64,000 nucleotides of DNA from Actinomycetota bacterium. GTDB taxonomy: Bacteria > Actinomycetota > UBA4738 > HRBIN12. Below the pieces are notes generated by a model. The model worked only from the letters and a program-made list of their open reading frames with translations, made no database searches and was not told where the DNA came from. The position numbers and the translations under genes are program-made. This document shows, piece by piece, positions 46,039 through 54,586 of the stretch (within the stretch, counting starts at the first letter, position 1; every line of letters begins with the position of its first letter). Location of the stretch: contig JBBDWR010000012.1 of the NCBI GenBank assembly GCA_040902745.1, positions 44,171 through 108,170 of the forward strand, read 5' to 3'.

Positions 46039-46848
46039 CTAGGACGCCCTCACCGCACTGCCACGGCGCGCCACGTATTCGTCGCAGCGCGCGATCAGAT
46101 GGTCGCGCCCGAAGCTCGGATCGTGTCCTCCGTGAACCATGCGCACGGAGAACTCGCGGAGGCGCCGCATCGATGCCACGAAGTCGGGGATCGAGGAGTT
46201 CGGTAGCTCGTCCAGCAGTTCGTCGTCCCGATAGACGGTGTCGCCGGAGAACAAGGTCCCCGTCGCCTCGTCGAACAGCACCATCGAGCCCTGGGTGTGG
46301 CCGGGCGTGTGGAACACGGTGAAGGAACGGTCCCCGAGGTCGACGGTGTCGCCTTCGGTGACGGTGCGGGTCGGCTCGGTGGCGATCAGCGAATATGACG
46401 ACAGTTCGTAGCCGGGCGAGGGCACCGCGTCGATGAACGAGTCCGGCAACGGTGTGCCGTCCTTGGTCAGGGCGTCCTGGAAGTCCTGCGGCATCTCCGA
46501 GGGGATCAGCGTCCCTCCGTCTCGCGCGTTGGCCACGTCCGGAGCTTCCAGCTCGTGGGCGATCCGCTCGTCGAACTCGTGCAGTCCGCCCATGTGGTCG
46601 CTGTGCGCGTGCGTCACGACGGCGATGATCGGCTTGCCCGGATCGGGGCGCAGCGCGTCGACGAACGGCTTGAGCGGAGCGACACCGTTCGCCGTGTCGA
46701 CGAGCAGATCGGCGTCCCGGCCGGGAACAAGCCACACGTTGCCGCGGATCCATGCGTACATGTGCGGCTCGTTGATGCGGAACACGCCGGGCTCGACTTC
46801 GACGGCCTCGAACCACGCCTCGTCGACCGGCAGCGATGATGCGCCCAT
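46039..46848 (-). CDS. MBL-fold metallo-hydrolase
   Basis: ATG 46846-46848 after AAGGGAGG. THAHSDHMGG (HxHxDH), HTPGHTQGS. Confidence 0.85.
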   Translation of the reverse strand: MGASSLPVDEAWFEAVEVEPGVFRINEPHMYAWIRGNVWLVPGRDADLLVDTANGVAPLKPFVDALRPDPGKPIIAVVTHAHSDHMGGLHEFDERIAHELEAPDVANARDGGTLIPSEMPQDFQDALTKDGTPLPDSFIDAVPSPGYELSSYSLIATEPTRTVTEGDTVDLGDRSFTVFHTPGHTQGSMVLFDEATGTLFSGDTVYRDDELLDELPNSSIPDFVASMRRLREFSVRMVHGGHDPSFGRDHLIARCDEYVARRGSAVRAS

Positions 46849-46859
46849 GGCGCCTCCCT

Positions 46860-48032
46860 TCAGCGCGACCGGCCCGCGGGTGACGTGTCCCGCCGGCGGG
46901 TCGCATCGGCGACCAGCTGGTCGGAATCGGACAGCAGGTTCGCGAGCACGCGCGCGCACTCCACCACGTCGTGGAGGGCCACGTGCTCGTCGGGTCGGTG
47001 CGCATTGCGCAGGTGCCCGGATCCGAACACCACGGTGTCGGATCCGGCGATGTCGACGAAGTTGTGCGCGTCGGTCCAGGCGAGCATCCCGTGCTCGCCC
47101 GGCTCGGTACCCCGCACGGACGCGATCGCGCTTCGCATCGCGCCCGCCAGGGGGGCATCGGGCGGGGTCTCGAACGGCTCGGAGATCTCCACGACGTCGA
47201 TGCGGGCATCGTAGCCCGCGGCGATCGTTCGCACTTCGGTGAGCACGTCTGCCGCCGACGGGCCGCCGGCGGTCACCCGGATATCCACGTGGAGCTCGGC
47301 ACGCTCCGGAACGACGTTGAGCCGCTGTCCGCCGTGCAGTTCCCACAACATCGGGAAGTTGCGCCCGAGCGTGCGGTGGGTGTGGGAGGTGAAGTCGGCG
47401 CGCTGCAGGTCGGTCGCGAACGCGACGGCCTTCTCGAGAGCGTTGTCACCTTCCTCGCGCAGGGCGCCGTGCACGGCTCGGCCTTCGAACCGCGCCCAGA
47501 ACTCCGTGAACCCGGCCTCGGCGAGCCCGAGATCCAGCTCAGTGCCTTCGAGCCCGACAACCATCGCCGGACGCAGGTCGTCCGCCATCCGCATCGACCC
47601 CTTGCCACCGACCTCCTCGTCGACGCACAGGCCGATCCCCACGGGCATGTGTGCGAGATCGACCCCGTCGTCGAGCGCCATCTGGAAAGCCAGCATCGCG
47701 GCGACAACGCACCCCTTGTCGTCCTGGGCGCCGAGGCCGTAGAGGAGATCCCCTTCGAGGGTCGCGACCGGCGTGTGATCCCATTCCGGCCGGATCGTGT
47801 CGACGTGTGCGGTAAGCAGCAGTCCGGGAGACCGATCCCACCCGACCAGGAGGTTGTCCGCCGAGCCCTCCACCTGCTGGCGCGTGGACGGGAATCCCAG
47901 CTCCTTGGCCCGGCTCTCCAGGTAGGACACGATCTCATGCTCCTCGTCGGAGTACGAGGTGATCTCCACCTGGCGAACGAGCTCCTCACGTGCCCAATCG
48001 AGCGCGACCGCGGTTTCCACGGCAGATAGCAT
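46860..48032 (-). CDS. M20-family metallohydrolase, paralogue B
   Basis: Aligns by eye with 34643..35785 (LDWAREELVRQVEITSYSDEEH, LLLTAHVDTIRP, GLGAQDDKGC, CVDEEVGGKGS). Start is ATG 48032 or GTG 48020. No SD before either. Confidence 0.8.
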   Translation of the reverse strand: MLSAVETAVALDWAREELVRQVEITSYSDEEHEIVSYLESRAKELGFPSTRQQVEGSADNLLVGWDRSPGLLLTAHVDTIRPEWDHTPVATLEGDLLYGLGAQDDKGCVVAAMLAFQMALDDGVDLAHMPVGIGLCVDEEVGGKGSMRMADDLRPAMVVGLEGTELDLGLAEAGFTEFWARFEGRAVHGALREEGDNALEKAVAFATDLQRADFTSHTHRTLGRNFPMLWELHGGQRLNVVPERAELHVDIRVTAGGPSAADVLTEVRTIAAGYDARIDVVEISEPFETPPDAPLAGAMRSAIASVRGTEPGEHGMLAWTDAHNFVDIAGSDTVVFGSGHLRNAHRPDEHVALHDVVECARVLANLLSDSDQLVADATRRRDTSPAGRSR

Positions 48033-48048
48033 ACTGTCGACAATCGAC
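48029..48048. promoter_or_regulatory. palindromic operator site (16/20) overlapping the M20-B ATG
   Basis: GCATACTGTCGACAATCGAC, at the head of the M20-MBL-flavoprotein-grd operon. Confidence 0.6.
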
Positions 48049-48097
48049 CGTTGTGAACCCCCCTCGTGCACTCGGATCGAACGGATGCCGAGGAGCG

Positions 48098-49054
48098 TCA
48101 GCTGGGCAGGTATCGCTTCCGCAGGGCCGTGGTCGTGCGCGCAGGGAGAGCACCGGCGACGAGAAGCTCTTCGACGGTCACGGAGCAGAAGGTCGAGCGG
48201 TCCGCGAGTAGGCCTCGGTATCGGGCGCACGCGTCTTCGTAGTCCGTATTCCCGGCGGGGTGGACGACGACATACCGACCCCAACTCCACCTGCCGCTCG
48301 GATGCTGGAGCATCGACAGGAGCAAGAGATGCTCGAGCCACATCTCGGCGAGATCGGTTCTCCCTTTGACCGGCTCGATCGCTCCCGGCTTGAAGGCGCG
48401 CGACCTCTCGGCGACCTCGACATACCGCCGGAGGTTCCGCGGCTTCGGTGTCTCCGGCTTCGCTCGGTCGTGGTACCTGATGTCGAGACCCACGATCCCC
48501 TGCGTTCCGTCGCCGAGGTCGAGCGCGAATGCCGCATCGAACGAGACGAGGCTCCCGATGTACGCACGATCGAGGCGCCCCGGGGAGTGCTCGAAGATGA
48601 CGCCGGACACCGTGCCCGGCGCGTCCGGCCACCAGGTATGGACTGCTCGATCGGCGAGGTCGAGGTCGGCGGCCAGATCGCCGAACAGGTTGAAGGCCAT
48701 CGTCGGCGACCACAGCAGATCGGCCCACAGCCGCTGCCGATCGAACGTCTGGCGAGGTTCCTTGGTCGCCGTTCGAGCCGTCGCCGCGTTCCGTGCCCGG
48801 GCGGTCAGGAAGTTCGCGCCGGTCTCTCGGGCATAGTCGAGCGGGAGGCGGCTCCCGACCGGCCGCACGGCCCCTCCCTGCTTCGGCGCGATCGGCTGCG
48901 AACCGATCGGGTGCCCTTTTGCCTCACGCCACTGCGACTGGTGGTAGCGGACGCTGCGACGAAACTCGGTCATCTGCGGTCGCCCCGGCACCCGGTCGTC
49001 GGGCTGCCAGCAGTGCGCGACCTCGAGCTCCTGCCTCGACAGCTCCTCACCCAC
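48098..49054 (-). CDS. hypothetical protein (possible PD-(D/E)xK-like nuclease fold; weak)
   Basis: 318-aa ORF with normal codon bias. GTG 49054 or ATG 48973 start. No motif I can name. FEHSP..D..FDAAF..GLDIRYH is only suggestive. Confidence 0.5.
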   Translation of the reverse strand: MGEELSRQELEVAHCWQPDDRVPGRPQMTEFRRSVRYHQSQWREAKGHPIGSQPIAPKQGGAVRPVGSRLPLDYARETGANFLTARARNAATARTATKEPRQTFDRQRLWADLLWSPTMAFNLFGDLAADLDLADRAVHTWWPDAPGTVSGVIFEHSPGRLDRAYIGSLVSFDAAFALDLGDGTQGIVGLDIRYHDRAKPETPKPRNLRRYVEVAERSRAFKPGAIEPVKGRTDLAEMWLEHLLLLSMLQHPSGRWSWGRYVVVHPAGNTDYEDACARYRGLLADRSTFCSVTVEELLVAGALPARTTTALRKRYLPS

Positions 49055-49240
49055 GTCGCGATCGTACAGCGCTCCTTCGAGAGCATCCCGAGCGCCCTGG
49101 CCCGAACGCGCGGGCGCTCGACCGGTGCTTCGACGCGCTCGCCAGGGGTTCCGGAATGGATGAGGGTCGGCCGCCGAAGCGACCGACCCTCGAAGCTCGC
49201 GCGAGCTAGGAGGCCGCGCGAACGTTGCATGATCCTTGCG

Positions 49241-50716
49241 CTACAGGCCCAGCGACCCCCAAGGTCCGGTGATCGCACACGTGATGCCCGGCACCTGGAC
49301 GTTGACGAACAGCCACTTGCCGTCGGGACTGAAGCGCGGTCCCGCGAACTCCGCGTGACCGATCCCGTCGCCCGCAGACGCACCGTCATCGGGAACCGTC
49401 GGGTCGTAGATCTTGCCCGACGCCTCGATGTAGTGCAGCTGCACACCGACGAGGTTCTCCGCGACGTTGATCAACGAACCGTCGGGCATCAGCGCCCGGA
49501 CGAAGTTCGACGTCTCGTCGCCGTCCTCGGCGATCAGCACCGCACCGCTCGGGCTCGTCCCCATGTTGTCGGGGCCGTCGAGGTCGTCCTCGCTCGTCGA
49601 CTCGTACAGCAGCTTCAGGATGCCTCGCTCGTCGATCTCCCCGCGTCGGATCGTGGGCTTGTACTGCCAGACCTGCCCGAGACCCGCGTCGCCGCCGTCG
49701 GACGAACCGAAGACCACGGCGTTGTTCTGGGGCACCCACGTCGCGCCTTCACCACCGAGGAACTTCGCCGCGCCCTTGGCCCGGCCCAACTTGAAGACGG
49801 CGCTCGCGTCGTCCTCTGCGTTGGCCGGGTCGGGATCGTCGATCGGCACCCAGCGCACCGGCAGCTCCTGCCCGACGACCTGGCCGCGGATCGTGTTGTA
49901 CTTGGGCTCCCCCACGACCTTCAGCATCTGCAGGGCGCCGCCCTCCTTCAGCTTGCCGTAGGTATTCGGTACGAAGCGATAGAACCCGTCCGGGCCCTCG
50001 TCCTCGGTCATGTAGACGACACCGGTCTCGTCGTCGACCGCACCGGCCTCGTGGAGCATCCGCCCCATCGCCTTGATCGGCTGCTTGCGCACGGCCCCGT
50101 TGGCCATCGCCTTGACCTCGAACACGTAGCCGTGCGGCTTCTTGCAGCCCGCGTTCACGCCGGTGACGGTCTCTTCCATCGTGAGCCAGGTGCCCCACGG
50201 AGTCTCGGCTCCGGCGCAGTTCGTGTTCGTGCCGTTGAGCGAGATGAAGTGGTCGACGAGCTCACCGTCCGGCGTGACCTCGAGCGTCGTCGTGCCGCCC
50301 GGGGACTTGCGGTCGTAGGCCGTCGCCGGGTTCCCGATCACGCTGCCGGCGGGGATGTCGTTGCCCTCACCGAGTTCGTGGTTGCGGACGATCCGGTAGT
50401 TGCCGTTCGGTGCCGGGTACACACCCATCCCGTCGTGGATAGGCGGGGTGAGGAACCCGTCCGACATCGCCGAGCCGAACCACCCGAACGTCTTGTAGCT
50501 GAAGCCCGGCGGAAGTGCGAGCTCCGGGCCCGCCGGAACCAGTCCCGTCCCCGGCGTCGCGCCGTGGGTCCTCGCGATCGAATCGAACACCTCTGCCCCG
50601 GCGCCCTTCGACATCAGCGCGGCACCGGTCATCGCGGCGCCGATCACACCGGAGCGGATGAACGCGCGGCGGCTGACCGCCCCACGTCGTCCGGCCCCAT
50701 CCTGCTCGGCGCTCAG
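49241..50716 (-). CDS. PhoX/DUF839-family secreted phosphatase-like protein with Tat signal
   Basis: PPGFSYKTFGW..SDG..HDGMGVYP..YRIVRNHE. The twin-arginine motif SRRAFIRSG lies upstream of the only canonical start (GTG 50647). The 5' end is set provisionally at CTG 50714-50716. Confidence 0.7.
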   Translation of the reverse strand: MSAEQDGAGRRGAVSRRAFIRSGVIGAAMTGAALMSKGAGAEVFDSIARTHGATPGTGLVPAGPELALPPGFSYKTFGWFGSAMSDGFLTPPIHDGMGVYPAPNGNYRIVRNHELGEGNDIPAGSVIGNPATAYDRKSPGGTTTLEVTPDGELVDHFISLNGTNTNCAGAETPWGTWLTMEETVTGVNAGCKKPHGYVFEVKAMANGAVRKQPIKAMGRMLHEAGAVDDETGVVYMTEDEGPDGFYRFVPNTYGKLKEGGALQMLKVVGEPKYNTIRGQVVGQELPVRWVPIDDPDPANAEDDASAVFKLGRAKGAAKFLGGEGATWVPQNNAVVFGSSDGGDAGLGQVWQYKPTIRRGEIDERGILKLLYESTSEDDLDGPDNMGTSPSGAVLIAEDGDETSNFVRALMPDGSLINVAENLVGVQLHYIEASGKIYDPTVPDDGASAGDGIGHAEFAGPRFSPDGKWLFVNVQVPGITCAITGPWGSLGL

Positions 50717-50857
50717 GTCTTCGTCCCGACCTTCGAACGTGCCTTCCCGGACTGTCGCATCCGGCCACCTCCCGGCTCCGGTCGGGGGGAGTGCGAACCG
50801 CCGTTCGGAGCCAGACCGGCGATCCGTGCCCTACTGGACCCTCCCCTGTCCAATGGT

Positions 50858-50877
50858 GCAGACTGTCGACAATCTAC
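50858..50877. promoter_or_regulatory. palindromic operator site (18/20)
   Basis: GCAGACTGTCGACAATCTAC, between the PhoX-like gene and the divergent ORF at 51006. Confidence 0.65.
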
Positions 50878-51005
50878 AGAGCGCCCTCCGCTCCACGCAA
50901 GTGCGCAGGTGAGCATGGCCTGCGAGGATGCAACGGCCTGCCCTACCGCCGTCGACGTAGAAACTGTTATCTATTCCGATCTGGCATTCCGACTGGGAGC
51001 GACGA

Positions 51006-51599
51006 GTGACCGAACGTCTCGAAGGTGCCGATCCGATCCCTCCTGAGGCGATCGACGAACCCGACGAGACGTTCGGCGATGACTCGCAAGAGGTGCTGCT
51101 CGCGGCGATCGCGCTGCGTCACCTCCAGAGCGGTCGCGACGTGTGCGCGCGTCGCGGTTCCGTCGCTCTCCCCGTTCCCGAAACCGGCGAGGCGGCGAGC
51201 GCTCGTTCGGGGACCCCTGTGCTGATCTACGCCTCGGAAGCAGGAGACCGGAAGGTCCCCGCTGCGACCTGGCGCGCGATGTTCATCGGTTGGACGGCGG
51301 CGACCGAAGACGGCGGGCACCCTGCCGGCGACGACCACGTGCCGCCCACCGTGGTCGTCGACCGTGATCGTCCGGCCGACGAACCCGCCGACGACGCGCC
51401 GGAGCGAGATCTGGGAGACGAGCCCGATCCCGACCCGGACGACGAGTCGGACGGAGCCGCAGGCTTCCTCGAGGTGACGACGCTCGAACAACTCCCCGAA
51501 CGCGACTGGGTCGCGACGAACGAGCTCGTTCCCAAGCAGGAGCGACGCGCTCGATATTTCATGCCGCTCGGTCCGCGCCTCGTGCACCTGCCGCCGTAG
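51006..51599 (+). CDS. hypothetical acidic protein
   Basis: 197-aa ORF, GTG start, coding-like third-position GC. No recognisable motif. Confidence 0.45.
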   Translation: MTERLEGADPIPPEAIDEPDETFGDDSQEVLLAAIALRHLQSGRDVCARRGSVALPVPETGEAASARSGTPVLIYASEAGDRKVPAATWRAMFIGWTAATEDGGHPAGDDHVPPTVVVDRDRPADEPADDAPERDLGDEPDPDPDDESDGAAGFLEVTTLEQLPERDWVATNELVPKQERRARYFMPLGPRLVHLPP

Positions 51600-51641
51600 G
51601 CACTCACCGCGCAGGACGGATCGCGATCCACCCCGGTCCTC

Positions 51642-53264
51642 TCAAGCGCGGCGGCGCTTCACGTCGCGGAGCACCTCCCGGGCGCAGTTGCGTCCGTTCG
51701 CGCCGGTGACCCCGCCGCCCGGGTGCGTTCCGGCGCCGCACAGATACAGCCCCTGCAGAGGCGTGCGGTAGTCGGCCCAGCCGCGAACCGGACGCATGAA
51801 CAGCAACTGATCGGGGGACATGTCGCCGTGCAACGCATGACCGCCGGTGAGACCCAGCACCCGCTCGAGGTCGAGGGGCGAGAGGACCTGGCGATGCAGG
51901 ATCTTGTCCGGCAGGTCGGGGAAATACGTGGCGATCTGCGCAACGGTCGCGTCGGCGCGCTCATCGATGATGTCGTCCCAGTGCTCGGCGCCTTCCCGCA
52001 GGTTGTAGGGCTGGGAGTTCACGTCGATCGTCATGATGTGCGTTCCTTCGGGTGACAGCGAAGCGTCGTGCACCGTCGGGAAGCACACCTCCACGTGCGG
52101 ATGATCGGTCGCAGGAACGCCAGACCTCGCCTGCGCCTGCTGCAGGTCCATGTCGCGGATGAAGCCGGTCAGCTCCATGATCCCGGTGTGGTACGGCTGC
52201 ACCCCGCCGTCGGGTAGACCGCGCACGTACGGCAGATCCGACAGCGCGAGATTGATCTTGATGCTCGTTCCGATGCAACGATACGCTTCGAGTGCGCCGA
52301 CGAACTCCTCCGGCAACTCCGCTGGGTCGCACAGGTTCAGGAACGTGCGCTTGGGATCCGCGTTGCTCAACAGCCGCCGACCGTGCAGCTCCTCGCCCCC
52401 AGCCAGCGCAACGCCGAACGCGCGACCGTTCTCGGTCAGGATGCGCTCCACCTCGGCGCCGGTACGCACCTCGCACCCGGCCTCGCGCGCGGCGCCGGCC
52501 ATCAGTTCGGTCAGCGTGCCGATCCCGCCGCGGACGAAGCCCCACTGGCGCACGCCGCCGCCCGTTTCCTCGCCCGCGTGGTCGTGTAGCAACACATACG
52601 CGGTTCCGTTCTCGCTCGGACCGGCGACGCTGTCATTGATCGCGTGCCAGCCGATCGCCGCTCGCACGTGCTCGGACTCGAACCGCTCCCCGAGGAACTG
52701 GGACGCGCTGGTGGTGAACAGGAACGCGGCGTCCAGCAGCATCTTGCGGCTCTTCATCGCAAGCCGGCCGAGCTTGAGCATGCCGCGCAGGTCTTGCAGG
52801 TTGCGCACCCGCGGATCGGGCGCAGTCAGATCGAAAGCGGGAACGACGTTCTTCGCGAGCGCGGCGAGATGCTCCTCGAACGCCGGAAAGGCCTGCGCGT
52901 CCTTCTTGGAGAACCGCGAGATCTCCTCGAGGTTCGGGGCCATCTCGTCCCCGAGATACAGGTGCGCGCCGTCCGGATACAGGTTCAGGGAGGGACCGGC
53001 CGCGTCGACGTGTACCCCCCGGCGTTCCAGGTCCATGTCACGCCAGATCGCCTCGCGCAGCATGCTCAGGACGTACGCACCCGTCGAAGCGCGGAAGCCG
53101 GGAGCGAACTCCTCCGTGACGCAGGCGCCGCCAACGATGTCGCGGCGCTCGAGCACCACGGTCTTGAGGCCGGCGCGCGCGAGATAGAAGCCCGCCACCA
53201 GGCCGTTGTGTCCACCCCCGATCACGATCGCGTCGTACCGGCGATCATCGCTGCTGCTGGCCAC
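51642..53264 (-). CDS. FAD-dependent oxidoreductase, PYROXD2-like paralogue 2
   Basis: GTG 53262-53264 after GAGGAGGG. YDAIVIGGGHNGLVAGFYLARAGLKTVVLERRDIVGGACVTEEFAPGFRASTGAYVLSMLRE... Collinear with 44380..46035. Confidence 0.8.
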   Translation of the reverse strand: MASSSDDRRYDAIVIGGGHNGLVAGFYLARAGLKTVVLERRDIVGGACVTEEFAPGFRASTGAYVLSMLREAIWRDMDLERRGVHVDAAGPSLNLYPDGAHLYLGDEMAPNLEEISRFSKKDAQAFPAFEEHLAALAKNVVPAFDLTAPDPRVRNLQDLRGMLKLGRLAMKSRKMLLDAAFLFTTSASQFLGERFESEHVRAAIGWHAINDSVAGPSENGTAYVLLHDHAGEETGGGVRQWGFVRGGIGTLTELMAGAAREAGCEVRTGAEVERILTENGRAFGVALAGGEELHGRRLLSNADPKRTFLNLCDPAELPEEFVGALEAYRCIGTSIKINLALSDLPYVRGLPDGGVQPYHTGIMELTGFIRDMDLQQAQARSGVPATDHPHVEVCFPTVHDASLSPEGTHIMTIDVNSQPYNLREGAEHWDDIIDERADATVAQIATYFPDLPDKILHRQVLSPLDLERVLGLTGGHALHGDMSPDQLLFMRPVRGWADYRTPLQGLYLCGAGTHPGGGVTGANGRNCAREVLRDVKRRRA

Positions 53265-53290
53265 GTGCCCTCCTCTTTTCCCCGAACGGT

Positions 53291-54532
53291 CTACGCCGTC
53301 AGCCGGTCGTCGAAGTAGACCGCGTTCGCCGCCGGACGCAGCGTGTGCGCGGCGTACATCGCCTGGTTGTACCCGCCGACGGCGATCAGCGCGAGCAGGT
53401 CCCCTTCGTGCACCTCCGGCAGAGGGACGTCCTCCCCGAACAGGTCGTCTCCCTCGTTCACGTTTCCGCTCACCGTCACGCGTTGGGTCGGCTCGGCGTC
53501 GAGCCCGGTGGCGTGCACGATCGTGACCGGGTCGTCGTAGACGAAGCGGTCGTTGATCACGTTCCATCCCACATCGATACCTACGAAGGTCGTCCCCGCC
53601 CGATCGCTCACGGTGACGACCTCTGCGAGCAACACTGCCGACTCGTTCGCGAGGAAGAAGCCCGGCTCCGTTCCCACGACCACGTCGAGGGGACCCAGGT
53701 GCCGAGCGAGGATCGCAGCCCATCGATCCAGGTCGAGCGGTTCCTGACCGGGTTCCAGCGGGAGCCCCTGCCCGCCGCCGGTGTTCACCTCGCGGATCGG
53801 ACAGCCGGCGTCGAGCATTGTGCGCGCCATCCGAGCGACCTCGTTGATCGCGTGGTCCCAGGCTGGGAGATCCTCGGTGAGATAGCCGTCGCCGACATGA
53901 ACGTGCGCGGTGACGATCGACAGGTCGTGCCGGCGCGCGATCGCGATCGCGTCGTCGAGATCCTCCTCGTAGAAGCCGAACTTGGTGGGGCGCTTGGCGG
54001 AGTAGAGCGACTCGCTCTCGCCCCCGGAGGCTGCGCCCGCTCGGGGGTTGAGCCGGATGCCCACCTCCCGTCCCCGCGCGCGCCGTCCGAACCGATCCAG
54101 CTGGCTCGGAAGATCGAGGTTCACATGGAGCCCATCGAAGTCGAGCAGACGGTCGATGTCGCGCTCAGACAGGTTGGTCCCGGTGTGGCTGATCTCCCTC
54201 GGCTCGAACCCGCTCGTGACCGCGTGCTCCACCTCTCCCGGGGTGCATGCGTCGATCCCGACGCTCTCGGGCGAGCCGGGCGCTCCGAGCCCCCGCACGT
54301 AAGCAAGGACCGGCTCCTCGCGTTGGGCCTTCATCGCGAGCCGCACCTTCGGCGCGACGCCGGCGGCGCTCAGAGCGCGCTGCAGGTCCCGCGCCTGCTC
54401 ACCGACCCGCTGCAGGTCGAAGGCGAAGAGAGGAGTCCCGAGCTCGCGGGAGAGATCCGATGCCGATCTTCCGGCGATCTCGAGCTCGCCTCCGACCGAT
54501 CGGACCCCCTCCGTTTCCCACCACGTATCCAA
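53291..54532 (-). CDS. PLP-dependent Orn/DAP/Arg-type (fold III) decarboxylase, paralogue B
   Basis: TTG start. GTPLFAFDL, LAMKAQRE (PLP-Lys), HVHVGDG, NTGGGQGLP, GGYNQAMYAAH. Confidence 0.8.
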   Translation of the reverse strand: MDTWWETEGVRSVGGELEIAGRSASDLSRELGTPLFAFDLQRVGEQARDLQRALSAAGVAPKVRLAMKAQREEPVLAYVRGLGAPGSPESVGIDACTPGEVEHAVTSGFEPREISHTGTNLSERDIDRLLDFDGLHVNLDLPSQLDRFGRRARGREVGIRLNPRAGAASGGESESLYSAKRPTKFGFYEEDLDDAIAIARRHDLSIVTAHVHVGDGYLTEDLPAWDHAINEVARMARTMLDAGCPIREVNTGGGQGLPLEPGQEPLDLDRWAAILARHLGPLDVVVGTEPGFFLANESAVLLAEVVTVSDRAGTTFVGIDVGWNVINDRFVYDDPVTIVHATGLDAEPTQRVTVSGNVNEGDDLFGEDVPLPEVHEGDLLALIAVGGYNQAMYAAHTLRPAANAVYFDDRLTA

Positions 54533-54549
54533 GATGGTCGACAGTCTAC
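54530..54549. promoter_or_regulatory. palindromic operator site (16/20) overlapping the TTG start of decarboxylase B
   Basis: CAAGATGGTCGACAGTCTAC, in the 54-nt spacer between the two decarboxylase genes. Confidence 0.6.
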
Positions 54550-54586
54550 AGTCCGCCTGAAGGGACAGGGAAGAGGCTCTTCCCCA

